A stretch of DNA of 44,710 nt, taken from NCBI GenBank assembly GCA_031364345.1, contig JANLWD010000118.1:1-44710 (forward strand), given 5' to 3'. This document shows, one piece after another, positions 17,480 through 26,001 of this stretch. Source of the DNA: Sphingomonas sp. (GTDB lineage: Bacteria; Pseudomonadota; Alphaproteobacteria; Sphingomonadales; Sphingomonadaceae). The notes under the pieces are model-generated. The model saw nothing but the letters and a program-made list of their open reading frames with translations. It was not told the DNA's origin and made no database searches. A program made the translations under genes and the position numbers. Numbering within the stretch: position 1 is the stretch's first letter; each line of letters begins with the position of its first letter.

Positions 17480-19278
17480 TGGCATTTGCAAAACCATTTC
17501 GCCTCGGCCGGGGCCAGCCACAGCCTTCGCTGCTGACCGAGTTGCTGATGCCGCAGCGCTCTCTCGCCGGAAAGCTGGTGATGTTCAGCGGCATTATCAA
17601 CATCATGACGCTGTCGGTCTCGCTGTACATGATGCAGGTCTACGACCGCGTTTTGACCAGCCAGAGCAAAGACACGTTGCTGTTCCTGACCTTGGCGACA
17701 ATCATCGGCGTCGCATTGAGCGCGATGCTCGAAGGCGTCCGTCAGCAGGTCGCCAATCGCGTCGGCACGTGGCTTGCACAGCAACTCGGTCCGCTTCTGC
17801 TCAAACGCTCGCTCGAATTGCGGCTCACGATGCCGAACACGAGGCTCGAGGCGCTGCGTGAACTGGCAACGGTAAAAAACTTTATTTCGACACCAACGAT
17901 TTTCAGCGTCGTCGATATGATGTGGGTGCCGCTGTATCTCGTCGTGATTTTCCTGTTGCATCCGCTGTTCGGACTGATCGGGGCATTGGGCGCCGGCGCA
18001 CTGTTCGGCCTGACATTTTTCAACGAGCGGCGAACGCGGGCTGCGATCCGGTCAAATCAGGCGCAGGCGAACGCCAATATGCAATATGCCGAAAGTCTGG
18101 TCCGCAACAGCGAAGTCATCGATGCGATGGGTATGGCAGGCGATACCGTCGACCACTGGTCACGCGGATATTTCGAGGAAACCGAAGCCGTCGACGAGAC
18201 GCAGCGGCGTGCCAGCCGCGTCCTCGCGGTCAGTAAGTTCATCCGCTATGCAGTTCAGATCATCTTGCTCGCAACCGGCGCGCTATTGATTCTCGATCTG
18301 CAGCTGACTGGTGGTGCGATGATCGCGGGGTCGATCATCGTAGCGCGGTTGCTCGCACCGATCGAGGCGTCAATCAGTTATTGGAAGCAATTCGTTCTCG
18401 CGCGCCATGCGTGGCAACGCCTGTCCGAATTTTTGGCGATGGCACGTCCACGACCATCTGAAATGGAACTGCCCGTGCCGACCGGCGCGCTGTCGATCCA
18501 GGGTCTGACATATGTTCCGCCGGGCATGCGCGCCGCGGTGCTTCGCAACATCAACCTGCGTGTCGTTGCCGGTGAAATGCTCGCGATCGTCGGCCCGTCG
18601 GCATCGGGCAAGACCACGCTGTCACGCTTGCTCGTTGGCGTGCTGAAACCGTCGGGGGGACATGTTCGTCTTGATGGTGCGGACACATTTGACTGGAAAC
18701 GGTCTGATTTCGGTCCGCATGTCGGCTATCTTCCGCAGGACATCGAATTGTTGCCGGGCACGATCCGGGCAAACATTGCGCGTTTTCGTCCCGATGCGAG
18801 CGACGGCGACGTTATCGCTGCAGCGAAACGCGCCGATTGCCACGAGATGATCCTGCAACTCGAGGACGGCTATGAATTTCGTTTGGGTGATGGCGCACTG
18901 CAATTATCGGGTGGCCAACGGCAACGGATAGGGCTTGCGCGCGCGTTGTTCGGCAATCCGAAAGTCGTCATTCTCGACGAACCAAATTCAAGCCTCGATA
19001 ATCGCGGTGATGCGGCGCTGATGGAAACATTGCGCATGCTAAAACAACAGCGGGTGACGACAGCTGTGGTGTCGCACCGCCCCAATCTTTTGAGGCTGGC
19101 CGACAAAATTGTCGTGCTGCAGGAAGGCCGGGTGACGAATTTCGGTCCGACGCGTGAGGTCATGGCGCAGCTTTCAGGGCAGCAGATCCCGCGCGGAGCG
19201 CAAGCACAGGTCAAACAGACGCGGCCACTGAGCAATGGCAAATCCGACCCAAATACCCAATCCGTTCCAGCCGAATAA
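17479..19278 (+). CDS. Type I secretion ABC transporter (PrtD/AprD/RsaD family)
   Basis: LYMMQVYDRVL; Walker A GPSASGKT; GYLPQDIEL; signature LSGGQRQR; Walker B VILDEPNSSLD; no N-terminal C39 domain. Confidence 0.95.
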   Translation: MAFAKPFRLGRGQPQPSLLTELLMPQRSLAGKLVMFSGIINIMTLSVSLYMMQVYDRVLTSQSKDTLLFLTLATIIGVALSAMLEGVRQQVANRVGTWLAQQLGPLLLKRSLELRLTMPNTRLEALRELATVKNFISTPTIFSVVDMMWVPLYLVVIFLLHPLFGLIGALGAGALFGLTFFNERRTRAAIRSNQAQANANMQYAESLVRNSEVIDAMGMAGDTVDHWSRGYFEETEAVDETQRRASRVLAVSKFIRYAVQIILLATGALLILDLQLTGGAMIAGSIIVARLLAPIEASISYWKQFVLARHAWQRLSEFLAMARPRPSEMELPVPTGALSIQGLTYVPPGMRAAVLRNINLRVVAGEMLAIVGPSASGKTTLSRLLVGVLKPSGGHVRLDGADTFDWKRSDFGPHVGYLPQDIELLPGTIRANIARFRPDASDGDVIAAAKRADCHEMILQLEDGYEFRLGDGALQLSGGQRQRIGLARALFGNPKVVILDEPNSSLDNRGDAALMETLRMLKQQRVTTAVVSHRPNLLRLADKIVVLQEGRVTNFGPTREVMAQLSGQQIPRGAQAQVKQTRPLSNGKSDPNTQSVPAE

Positions 19279-19291
19279 GGGACCGTCAGTC

Positions 19292-20656
19292 ATGAATGTG
19301 CCCATTGCCATCCGCAAAAACGAAATCGACCGGTCGCGAAACGACATTGTAGCGATCACGTCGCCTTCGGCGCCAGCTGTTAACCATATATTACGCGCCG
19401 CATATTGGGCACTCGGACTATTTGTAGCGTTTTTCAGCCTCTGGGCTGCCTTTGCCCCGCTAAACAGTGCTGCCATCGCGCAAGGCATACTGCGGTCCGA
19501 CGGCGGCGGTCGCAAAGTCGTCCAGCATCTCGAAGGGGGCATCATCGAACGTATCGCGGTCAAGGAGGGCCAACGCGTCAAGGCCGGGCAGGTTCTGGTC
19601 TATCTCGATAATACCGCCAGTGGTGCGCGCGATACCGCGCTTTCAACGACGTACGACACCTTGCTTGCGCAGGATGCGCGGTTGACCGCCGAACGGACGG
19701 GAAGTGCCCGGGTCAATTATCCGGCTGAGCTGTTGGCGCGCGTAAAGGATGAAAGCGTGAAATCGATCCTCGCTGCGTCGGATGCCGTGTTCAGGGCGCG
19801 GCGCACGGCGATGAGCGAACAGATTTCGATCCTGCGCCAGCGAGTTGGCCAGTCAGGCGCGGAGATGGCAAGCACTGGCGCCCAGATTTCGGCGCTCGGC
19901 AGTCAAAGCCGCCTTCTCGAAGAAGAAGCGCGCGGCGTTCAGGCGCTCGTCGACGAGGGTCTCGAACGCAAATCACGGTTACTGGGCCTCCAGCGGCAGC
20001 AAGCGGCCACCGTTGGACAGCAGGGTCAGCTGGTCGGCAATCAAGCGCGAATCCGCGATGCCGTCGGCGAAACCTATGCGCAAATGGCGTTTCTGCGCAG
20101 CCAGATGGTCACCGATGCCGCCGCGCAGCAGCGTGACGTTCAGGCAAGTCTTGCCGAGATGGTCGAAAAGCTCAACGTGAGCCGTGACATCAGCAAGCGG
20201 CGACAGATCATTGCACCCGTCGACGGCACCGTCGTCAATCTTCGTATGGTCACACCCGGCGGTGTCGTCGGGCCGGGTCAGCCGATCCTCGACATCGTCC
20301 CTGCTAACGAAAAGATCGTGGTGGTCGCCCGGCTGAAGGCGAACGATGTCGATGTCGTTTACCAGAATTTGCCCGCCGAAATCCGCCTGACGCCGTATAA
20401 GGCGCGAACCATGCCGATGCTGCATGGAACCGTCCGCGAAGTCAGTCCGGATGCCATATATGACGACAAGACCAACACCCTTTATTACGAAACACAGATT
20501 GTCCTCGATGCCAATGAACTCGGGCGGTTGAAAGATGTTCGGCTGGTCTCGGGAATGCCAGCTGAGGTGTTCATCAATCTTGGCTCACGGTCATTGTTTC
20601 AATATCTGATGCAGCCTGTGTTCGACAGTTTCCAGCGGGCATTCCGTGAAAGTTGA
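19292..20656 (+). CDS. Type I secretion membrane fusion protein (HlyD/PrtE family)
   Basis: Single N-terminal TM; KVVQHLEGGII, IIAPVDGTV, ILDIVP, LVSGMPAEVFI motifs; long coiled coil. Confidence 0.95.
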   Translation: MNVPIAIRKNEIDRSRNDIVAITSPSAPAVNHILRAAYWALGLFVAFFSLWAAFAPLNSAAIAQGILRSDGGGRKVVQHLEGGIIERIAVKEGQRVKAGQVLVYLDNTASGARDTALSTTYDTLLAQDARLTAERTGSARVNYPAELLARVKDESVKSILAASDAVFRARRTAMSEQISILRQRVGQSGAEMASTGAQISALGSQSRLLEEEARGVQALVDEGLERKSRLLGLQRQQAATVGQQGQLVGNQARIRDAVGETYAQMAFLRSQMVTDAAAQQRDVQASLAEMVEKLNVSRDISKRRQIIAPVDGTVVNLRMVTPGGVVGPGQPILDIVPANEKIVVVARLKANDVDVVYQNLPAEIRLTPYKARTMPMLHGTVREVSPDAIYDDKTNTLYYETQIVLDANELGRLKDVRLVSGMPAEVFINLGSRSLFQYLMQPVFDSFQRAFRES

Positions 20657-20703
20657 TCGTGCCCGGAGTTGGCACCATTATCGCATGCTTTTCGAATGGG
20701 CAT

Positions 20704-22632
20704 TCACGGCAACGTGATCCGGTTGGCGATCAGGTCCTCGACAACTGACGGGTCGGCAAGTGTCGATATATCGCCGAGCGATGTGACGTCACCTTCGGCG
20801 ATTTTGCGAAGAATGCGGCGCATGATCTTGCCCGATCTCGTCTTGGGCAGTGCGGGCGCAAACTGGATCGCATCGGGAGCAGCAATCGGGCCGATTTCGG
20901 TTCGGACCCAACCGACCAGCTCCTTCGCGAGGACCGGATCGCCAACCACGCCGACGTTGAGTGTTACGTAGGCATAAATACCCTGGCCTTTGATTTCGTG
21001 CGGCATGCCCACAACAGCGGCCTCGGCCACTTTGGCGTGCAGCACAAGCGCGCTTTCCACTTCGGCAGTACCCATTCGATGACCGGAGACGTTGATGACA
21101 TCGTCGACGCGGCCGGTGATCCAGTAATAGCCGTCCGCATCACGGCGCGCGCCATCGCCCGTGAAATATTTGCCGGGGAACGTCTGGAAATATGTCTCGA
21201 AAAAGCGGCGGTGATCGCCCCAGACTGTGCGCATTTGCCCGGGCCAGCTGCGTGCGATGACGAGATTGCCCGACGCAGCGCCTTCGATGACGTTGCCATC
21301 ACCGTCGACGATTTGCGGTTCGACACCGGGCAGCGGAAATGTCGCCGAACCGGGTTTGAGCGGGGTATGAGCGGGCAGAGGCGCGATCATACCGGCACCG
21401 GTTTCGGTCTGCCACCACATGTCGATGATCGGGCAACGCCCGCCGCCGACGACTTGATGATACCAGCGCCAAGCCTCCGGATTGATCGGCTCACCGACCG
21501 AACCGAGCAGTCGCAGCGACGCGCGGCTCGTCGCAGTCACGAAGTCATCGCCTTCACGCATCAGCGCACGAAGCGCAGTGGGGGCCGTAAACAAGGTTTG
21601 CACCTTATGCCGGTCGACGATCTCCCAGATCCGCGATGCCGTCGGCCAGTTCGGCACCCCTTCAAACATGAGCGTCGTGCCGCCGTTGGCGAGCGGCCCG
21701 TAAACGATATAGCTATGCCCGGTGACCCAGCCGACATCGGCCGCGCACCAGAAAATATCGCCGCGTTGATAGTCGAAGCAGGATGCATGCGTCATCGCAG
21801 CCCATAGGAGATAGCCGCCAGACGTATGGACGACGCCCTTGGGCTTGCCCGTCGAGCCGCTGGTGTAAAGGATGAACAATGGGTCTTCAGCGCCCATTGG
21901 CTCGGGTAGGCAGTCGCTGCTTGCATCGGCTTCATGCAACCAAATGTCACGCGTGGGATGCATCTCGACCGCGCCGCCGGTCGCTTTCACGACGATCACT
22001 TTTTCGAGGCAACCCGCTATTGTTGCGGCTTTGTCGACATTGGCCTTCAACGGCACGCGCTTGCCGCCGCGCCGCCCTTCGTCGGCAGTGACGACAATCG
22101 TCGAATCGCAGTCTGTGATACGGCCCGCCAGCGCATCGGGAGAAAAGCCGCCGAACACGACCGAATGGATCGCGCCTATCCGAGCACAGGCGAGCATCGC
22201 AAATGCGGCTTCGGGGATCATCGGCATGTAAAGCGTAATGCGGTCGCCCTTTTTCGCGCCGACCGATTTCAGGACATTGGCGAAACGGCAGACCTCATGG
22301 TGCAACTGTCGATACGTGAAGCGTCGCGGCGGTTCGGACGGTTCATCGGGTTCCCATATAATTGCGGTTTCATCGCCGCGTGTCGCAAGGTGGCGATCGA
22401 TGCAGTTGGCCGATACATTGAGCACTCCGTCATCGAACCAGCGCACCGCGAAACTGGATTCATCGAAACTCGATTCATCCATTTTCGTGGGTGGTTGTAT
22501 CCAGTCGAGCCGATTGACGGCTTCTCGCCAATAGTTGTCGGCATCGCCGAGCGACCGGGCATGTTCGGCAGCGGGATCGCCAAGTGCGCGCGCCGCCCAA
22601 TAGGTGGGCACAGGAATGATCGTTTCTGCCAT
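20704..22632 (-). CDS. acs: Acetyl-CoA synthetase (acetate--CoA ligase)
   Basis: [55 protein letters not shown] motifs. Confidence 0.97.
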   Translation of the reverse strand: MAETIIPVPTYWAARALGDPAAEHARSLGDADNYWREAVNRLDWIQPPTKMDESSFDESSFAVRWFDDGVLNVSANCIDRHLATRGDETAIIWEPDEPSEPPRRFTYRQLHHEVCRFANVLKSVGAKKGDRITLYMPMIPEAAFAMLACARIGAIHSVVFGGFSPDALAGRITDCDSTIVVTADEGRRGGKRVPLKANVDKAATIAGCLEKVIVVKATGGAVEMHPTRDIWLHEADASSDCLPEPMGAEDPLFILYTSGSTGKPKGVVHTSGGYLLWAAMTHASCFDYQRGDIFWCAADVGWVTGHSYIVYGPLANGGTTLMFEGVPNWPTASRIWEIVDRHKVQTLFTAPTALRALMREGDDFVTATSRASLRLLGSVGEPINPEAWRWYHQVVGGGRCPIIDMWWQTETGAGMIAPLPAHTPLKPGSATFPLPGVEPQIVDGDGNVIEGAASGNLVIARSWPGQMRTVWGDHRRFFETYFQTFPGKYFTGDGARRDADGYYWITGRVDDVINVSGHRMGTAEVESALVLHAKVAEAAVVGMPHEIKGQGIYAYVTLNVGVVGDPVLAKELVGWVRTEIGPIAAPDAIQFAPALPKTRSGKIMRRILRKIAEGDVTSLGDISTLADPSVVEDLIANRITLP

Positions 22633-22644
22633 GTCGCTCCCTCG

Positions 22645-24693
22645 TTATCGCGTGAAGGTCAATCCCAACCAGATCGTCCGTGGCGTGCCCAAGTCTTCTA
22701 CACCGGTTGCTGACACGCCAGAAACGACCTTTTCATCGAAAATATTTTCGGCGCGGGCGACAATGTGGACAGCGGTTGAGATCGGTATGCTGACCACCCC
22801 ATCCACTGTTATCGCGCGCGGTAATCGCCGGATTTCCAGATCATCTTCGAATTGGCCGCCGGCGTAGCGGATGCTGACCGATCCTTGAGGCCCCTTGGCG
22901 TTAACATAAGCGAGGGTCGCGCTCCCCTGGTGCGTCGGTGATTGTGCCGGGCGCCTGCCGTCAAGTGGCCCGGCCGCGCCGGACGCACGGACCCGTGCGG
23001 CTGTGTAGGCGTAAGATCCTGATATTCGAAAGCCACCGATAGGCACGACGCCAGTGGCTTCGATCCCCTTGACTTCAATTGCATCGACATTCTGACGCTG
23101 GCGAAATACGCCCCCGGCTACAACAAAACCGACTTGAGGGAAATTCGCGGGGCCGGCACCGAGCGTGACATTGGTAATCGCGCCGCCGAGCCGGTTCCAA
23201 TATGCCGTGAGCGACAACGACGCGTCGCCCGACCGGACGCCAATGCCGCCTTCGAATCCGGTCAGTTTCTCCAGACCGAGCGCTGCGTTGGCCGCCGTCG
23301 CATCGGCGCCGACACGAAAAGGGCGATATAATTCGTTCAACGTCGGCACGCGAAAGCCGGAATATCCCGCAAGACGGATGTCCAAAGCATCACTGGCTTT
23401 CAACAGCACGCCCCCGCGAAATGTCGGCTGGATTCCCGATCGACGGTCAAAACTCTCGTTCGCTATTGCCAATCCTGTACCCGTCACAGTTTCGGCATAG
23501 AAACCGCGACCGATCGACCACCGGTCCAAACGGGCACCACCGGTCAAAGTCACCCGATCGAGGATGATGCTGCCCTCGACAAAGCCGCCAACAGTCGCAT
23601 TGGTTCCGCCAGCGCGGCGCATCCGCGTGGGTGTCGATGCGACATAGCGGAAAAGCTCGTTAGTCGCGCCCGATGCCTGGCGCAGGTCGCTGCCGATGCG
23701 AATGCTGTGACCGTTGCGCATCGGTGGACGGATTTCAATTTTTGCACCGATGCCGAGCGACGGCGTGTTGAACTGATCGAGCGTGGTGGTCGTGCCCGAT
23801 CGGTCGGGCGCCACCGCCACAAAACCCGAACGAAATCCGCGTTCTTGCAGAAAAGCCAGTGCTTCGAACTGCCACGGTCCGCGCGAGACGAATTTGATGC
23901 TGGCGTCAGCGCCGCGGCTTCGTGACACTGTGCCGGCGAGGCCACGTAAGCGATGGTCGTCGAATATGAGAGCATTTGCCTGGACTTCTAGGAGCGGCGT
24001 GATGGCGGAAACACCGCGCAGCGCAACGCTCCAAGCATCATAACGCGCAGGCACATCGGCCCGACCGCGCTGTGCTGGCGGCACAAGAAAATATCCGTCG
24101 CCGCGGTCCCATCCGGCATTGATGCTCGCAAATCCGCCGCCGAGCGATCGGACGACACCTGCCGACAATTCACGTGCGTTGTCGCTGCCCAAAGCAACCC
24201 GTGCCGATGTGGCTGAAACGACATCGGGACCGCCGCTGTTCAGCTCGATCGTCCCGGCGAGAGCACCGACACCAAAAGCGCCCGCGCCGCCGCCGCGCGT
24301 GACGCGGACTGATGACAACCGCTCGGGGCGCAGTGCTGAAAAAGGTACATAACCGGCAAAGGGATCAGCCTGAGGGACGCCGTCCAACAGGACCAGCGCC
24401 CGGCTCGATGCGTTGCCGCCAAGTGCGCGTAAAGTCGCCCCTTGACTGGTCGGATTTGCGGCACGGCTGTCGGAGCGCCGAAATTGCTGAAAGCCGGCAA
24501 CGTCGCGGAGAATGTCTTCGATCCGACCCGACGCGCTCAACGCCAGGCGGTCGCGGGAAATCACCACACTGCCGTACGCTTCACTACCGGCTGCGACACT
24601 CAAGCCGCGGCCGGTTACGATGATTGGTGGCCCCTCATCGGCAAACCCGATTGCCGGAAACAGGGTGACCGCGACGAAGAAAAGCAACCTCAT
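22645..24693 (-). CDS. TonB-dependent receptor
   Basis: Signal peptide from ATG 24693; IIVTGRG TonB box; plug TLRALGGNASSRALVLLDGVP; FRVPTLNELY; ENIFD near C-terminus. Confidence 0.92.
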   Translation of the reverse strand: MRLLFFVAVTLFPAIGFADEGPPIIVTGRGLSVAAGSEAYGSVVISRDRLALSASGRIEDILRDVAGFQQFRRSDSRAANPTSQGATLRALGGNASSRALVLLDGVPQADPFAGYVPFSALRPERLSSVRVTRGGGAGAFGVGALAGTIELNSGGPDVVSATSARVALGSDNARELSAGVVRSLGGGFASINAGWDRGDGYFLVPPAQRGRADVPARYDAWSVALRGVSAITPLLEVQANALIFDDHRLRGLAGTVSRSRGADASIKFVSRGPWQFEALAFLQERGFRSGFVAVAPDRSGTTTTLDQFNTPSLGIGAKIEIRPPMRNGHSIRIGSDLRQASGATNELFRYVASTPTRMRRAGGTNATVGGFVEGSIILDRVTLTGGARLDRWSIGRGFYAETVTGTGLAIANESFDRRSGIQPTFRGGVLLKASDALDIRLAGYSGFRVPTLNELYRPFRVGADATAANAALGLEKLTGFEGGIGVRSGDASLSLTAYWNRLGGAITNVTLGAGPANFPQVGFVVAGGVFRQRQNVDAIEVKGIEATGVVPIGGFRISGSYAYTAARVRASGAAGPLDGRRPAQSPTHQGSATLAYVNAKGPQGSVSIRYAGGQFEDDLEIRRLPRAITVDGVVSIPISTAVHIVARAENIFDEKVVSGVSATGVEDLGTPRTIWLGLTFTR

Positions 24694-24759
24694 GCAGCTT
24701 TCTAAACACAGCATTCGACGCATAGCCATCCGTGTGCATTTTTTTCATCGGTGGCACAG

Positions 24760-24784
24760 GGAACATCGCACGATTGGTCTGGTT
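24760..24784 (+). promoter_or_regulatory. EcfG (ECF15) promoter for csbD
   Basis: GGAAC-N17-GTT, ending 46 nt before the csbD ATG. Confidence 0.75.
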
Positions 24785-24830
24785 TCTTCGCTGTCCGCGC
24801 GATCCTGCTGCGGCACTCAGGAGAAAACCT

Positions 24831-25013
24831 ATGGGCGAATTCATCGACAAGGCAAAAGGTGTCGCCAACGAAGCGATCGGCAAAGCAAAAGTAGCCGTCG
24901 GCGAACGCACCGACGACGCTGCGCTGATTGCGAAAGGCGCGTCGCAGGAAGTGAAAGGCAAAACCCAAAAAGCGGCGGGGGCAATAAAAGGCAAGCTCGG
25001 CAATAAATTCTAA
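24831..25013 (+). CDS. csbD: CsbD-family general stress protein (60 aa)
   Basis: AGGAG RBS; DKAKGVANEAIGKAKVAVG...KGASQEVKGKTQKAAG pattern. Confidence 0.88.
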   Translation: MGEFIDKAKGVANEAIGKAKVAVGERTDDAALIAKGASQEVKGKTQKAAGAIKGKLGNKF

Positions 25014-25046
25014 ATTCGCCGTTTTCGTATGCGTAGGAGCTTTTCG

Positions 25047-25667
25047 ATGTTCTCACTCCCCGACCTTCCGTATCCAGAAAATGCGCTGGCACCGCATATT
25101 TCTGCACAAACGATGGCGCTGCATCACGGCAAGCACCATAAAGCCTATGTCGACAAGCTGAATGACCTGCTCAGCGACGATCCGCTGGCCGATGCGCCTT
25201 TGGAGGAGGTAATTCGGCAAACGCACGGCGTGGCGGGGCGTGAGAACATCTTCAATAACGCTGCACAAAGCTGGAATCATGACTTTTTCTGGAAATCGAT
25301 GGTGCCCGGTGGTGGTGGCGCGCCGACCGGTCAGATCGAATCTCTGATCAGTCGATCGATCGGCGGACCCAAGGCGTTTTCTGATGCTTTCGTCGAAGCT
25401 GCCAGCGGTCATTTCGGATCGGGATGGGCGTGGCTGGTTTTCGATGGCGATGATGTTGAAATCATGACGACGCATGATGCCGACCTACCGCTCGTCAATG
25501 ATGGTACGGCACTGTTTTGCTGCGACTTGTGGGAACACGCCTATTATCTGGATTATCAAAACCGACGGCCGGCGTTCGTCCAGACTTTCCTCGATCATCT
25601 GATCAACTGGGATTTTGCCAACGCAAATCTGGCCGCTGCTTCCATACGTGTTGGTGCGGCAGTGTGA
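25047..25667 (+). CDS. sodB: Fe/Mn superoxide dismutase, Fe-type signature
   Basis: AGGAG RBS; LPDLPY, HHGKHH, FNNAAQSWNH (AAQ as in Fe-SODs), FGSGWAWL, DLWEHAYY. Confidence 0.92.
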   Translation: MFSLPDLPYPENALAPHISAQTMALHHGKHHKAYVDKLNDLLSDDPLADAPLEEVIRQTHGVAGRENIFNNAAQSWNHDFFWKSMVPGGGGAPTGQIESLISRSIGGPKAFSDAFVEAASGHFGSGWAWLVFDGDDVEIMTTHDADLPLVNDGTALFCCDLWEHAYYLDYQNRRPAFVQTFLDHLINWDFANANLAAASIRVGAAV

Positions 25668-25677
25668 ATAACCGACC

Positions 25678-25702
25678 GGACCAAAATAGCCGCACGCAGG
25701 TT
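25678..25702 (+). promoter_or_regulatory. Probable EcfG promoter for the GlsB/YeaQ gene
   Basis: GGACC-N17-GTT (one mismatch), ending 29 nt before the ATG. Confidence 0.5.
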
Positions 25703-25731
25703 ATAGTTTCTCAAGCAAAGGGAGACCAATA

Positions 25732-26001
25732 ATGAATATCATCTTTATGTTGATCGTCGGCGGTATTTTGGGCTGGCTCGCCAGCATGGTCATGCGGACC
25801 GATGGCCAGCAGGGGCTGATCCTGAATGTCGTCGTCGGGATCGTCGGCGCTGTGCTAGCCGGGTACATCATAACACCGTTTCTTGGCGGCGCACCGATTA
25901 CCAGCGGCGCATTCGACATCAAGTCGTTATTTGTGTCGTTTCTGGGTGCCGTTGTGCTGCTCGGGATCGTCAACCTTATCCGTCGCGGTTCAGTCCGTTA
26001 A
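25732..26001 (+). CDS. GlsB/YeaQ/YmgE family stress-response membrane protein
   Basis: GGILGWLAS...NVVVGIVGAVLAG...SFLGAVVLL, three TM segments; GGGAG RBS. Confidence 0.92.
   Translation: MNIIFMLIVGGILGWLASMVMRTDGQQGLILNVVVGIVGAVLAGYIITPFLGGAPITSGAFDIKSLFVSFLGAVVLLGIVNLIRRGSVR

Noticed and set aside
8400-20700. RTX/T1SS block as a mobile element
   Set aside because: No integrase, transposase, tRNA or flanking direct repeats seen; horizontal origin cannot be supported from this window alone.
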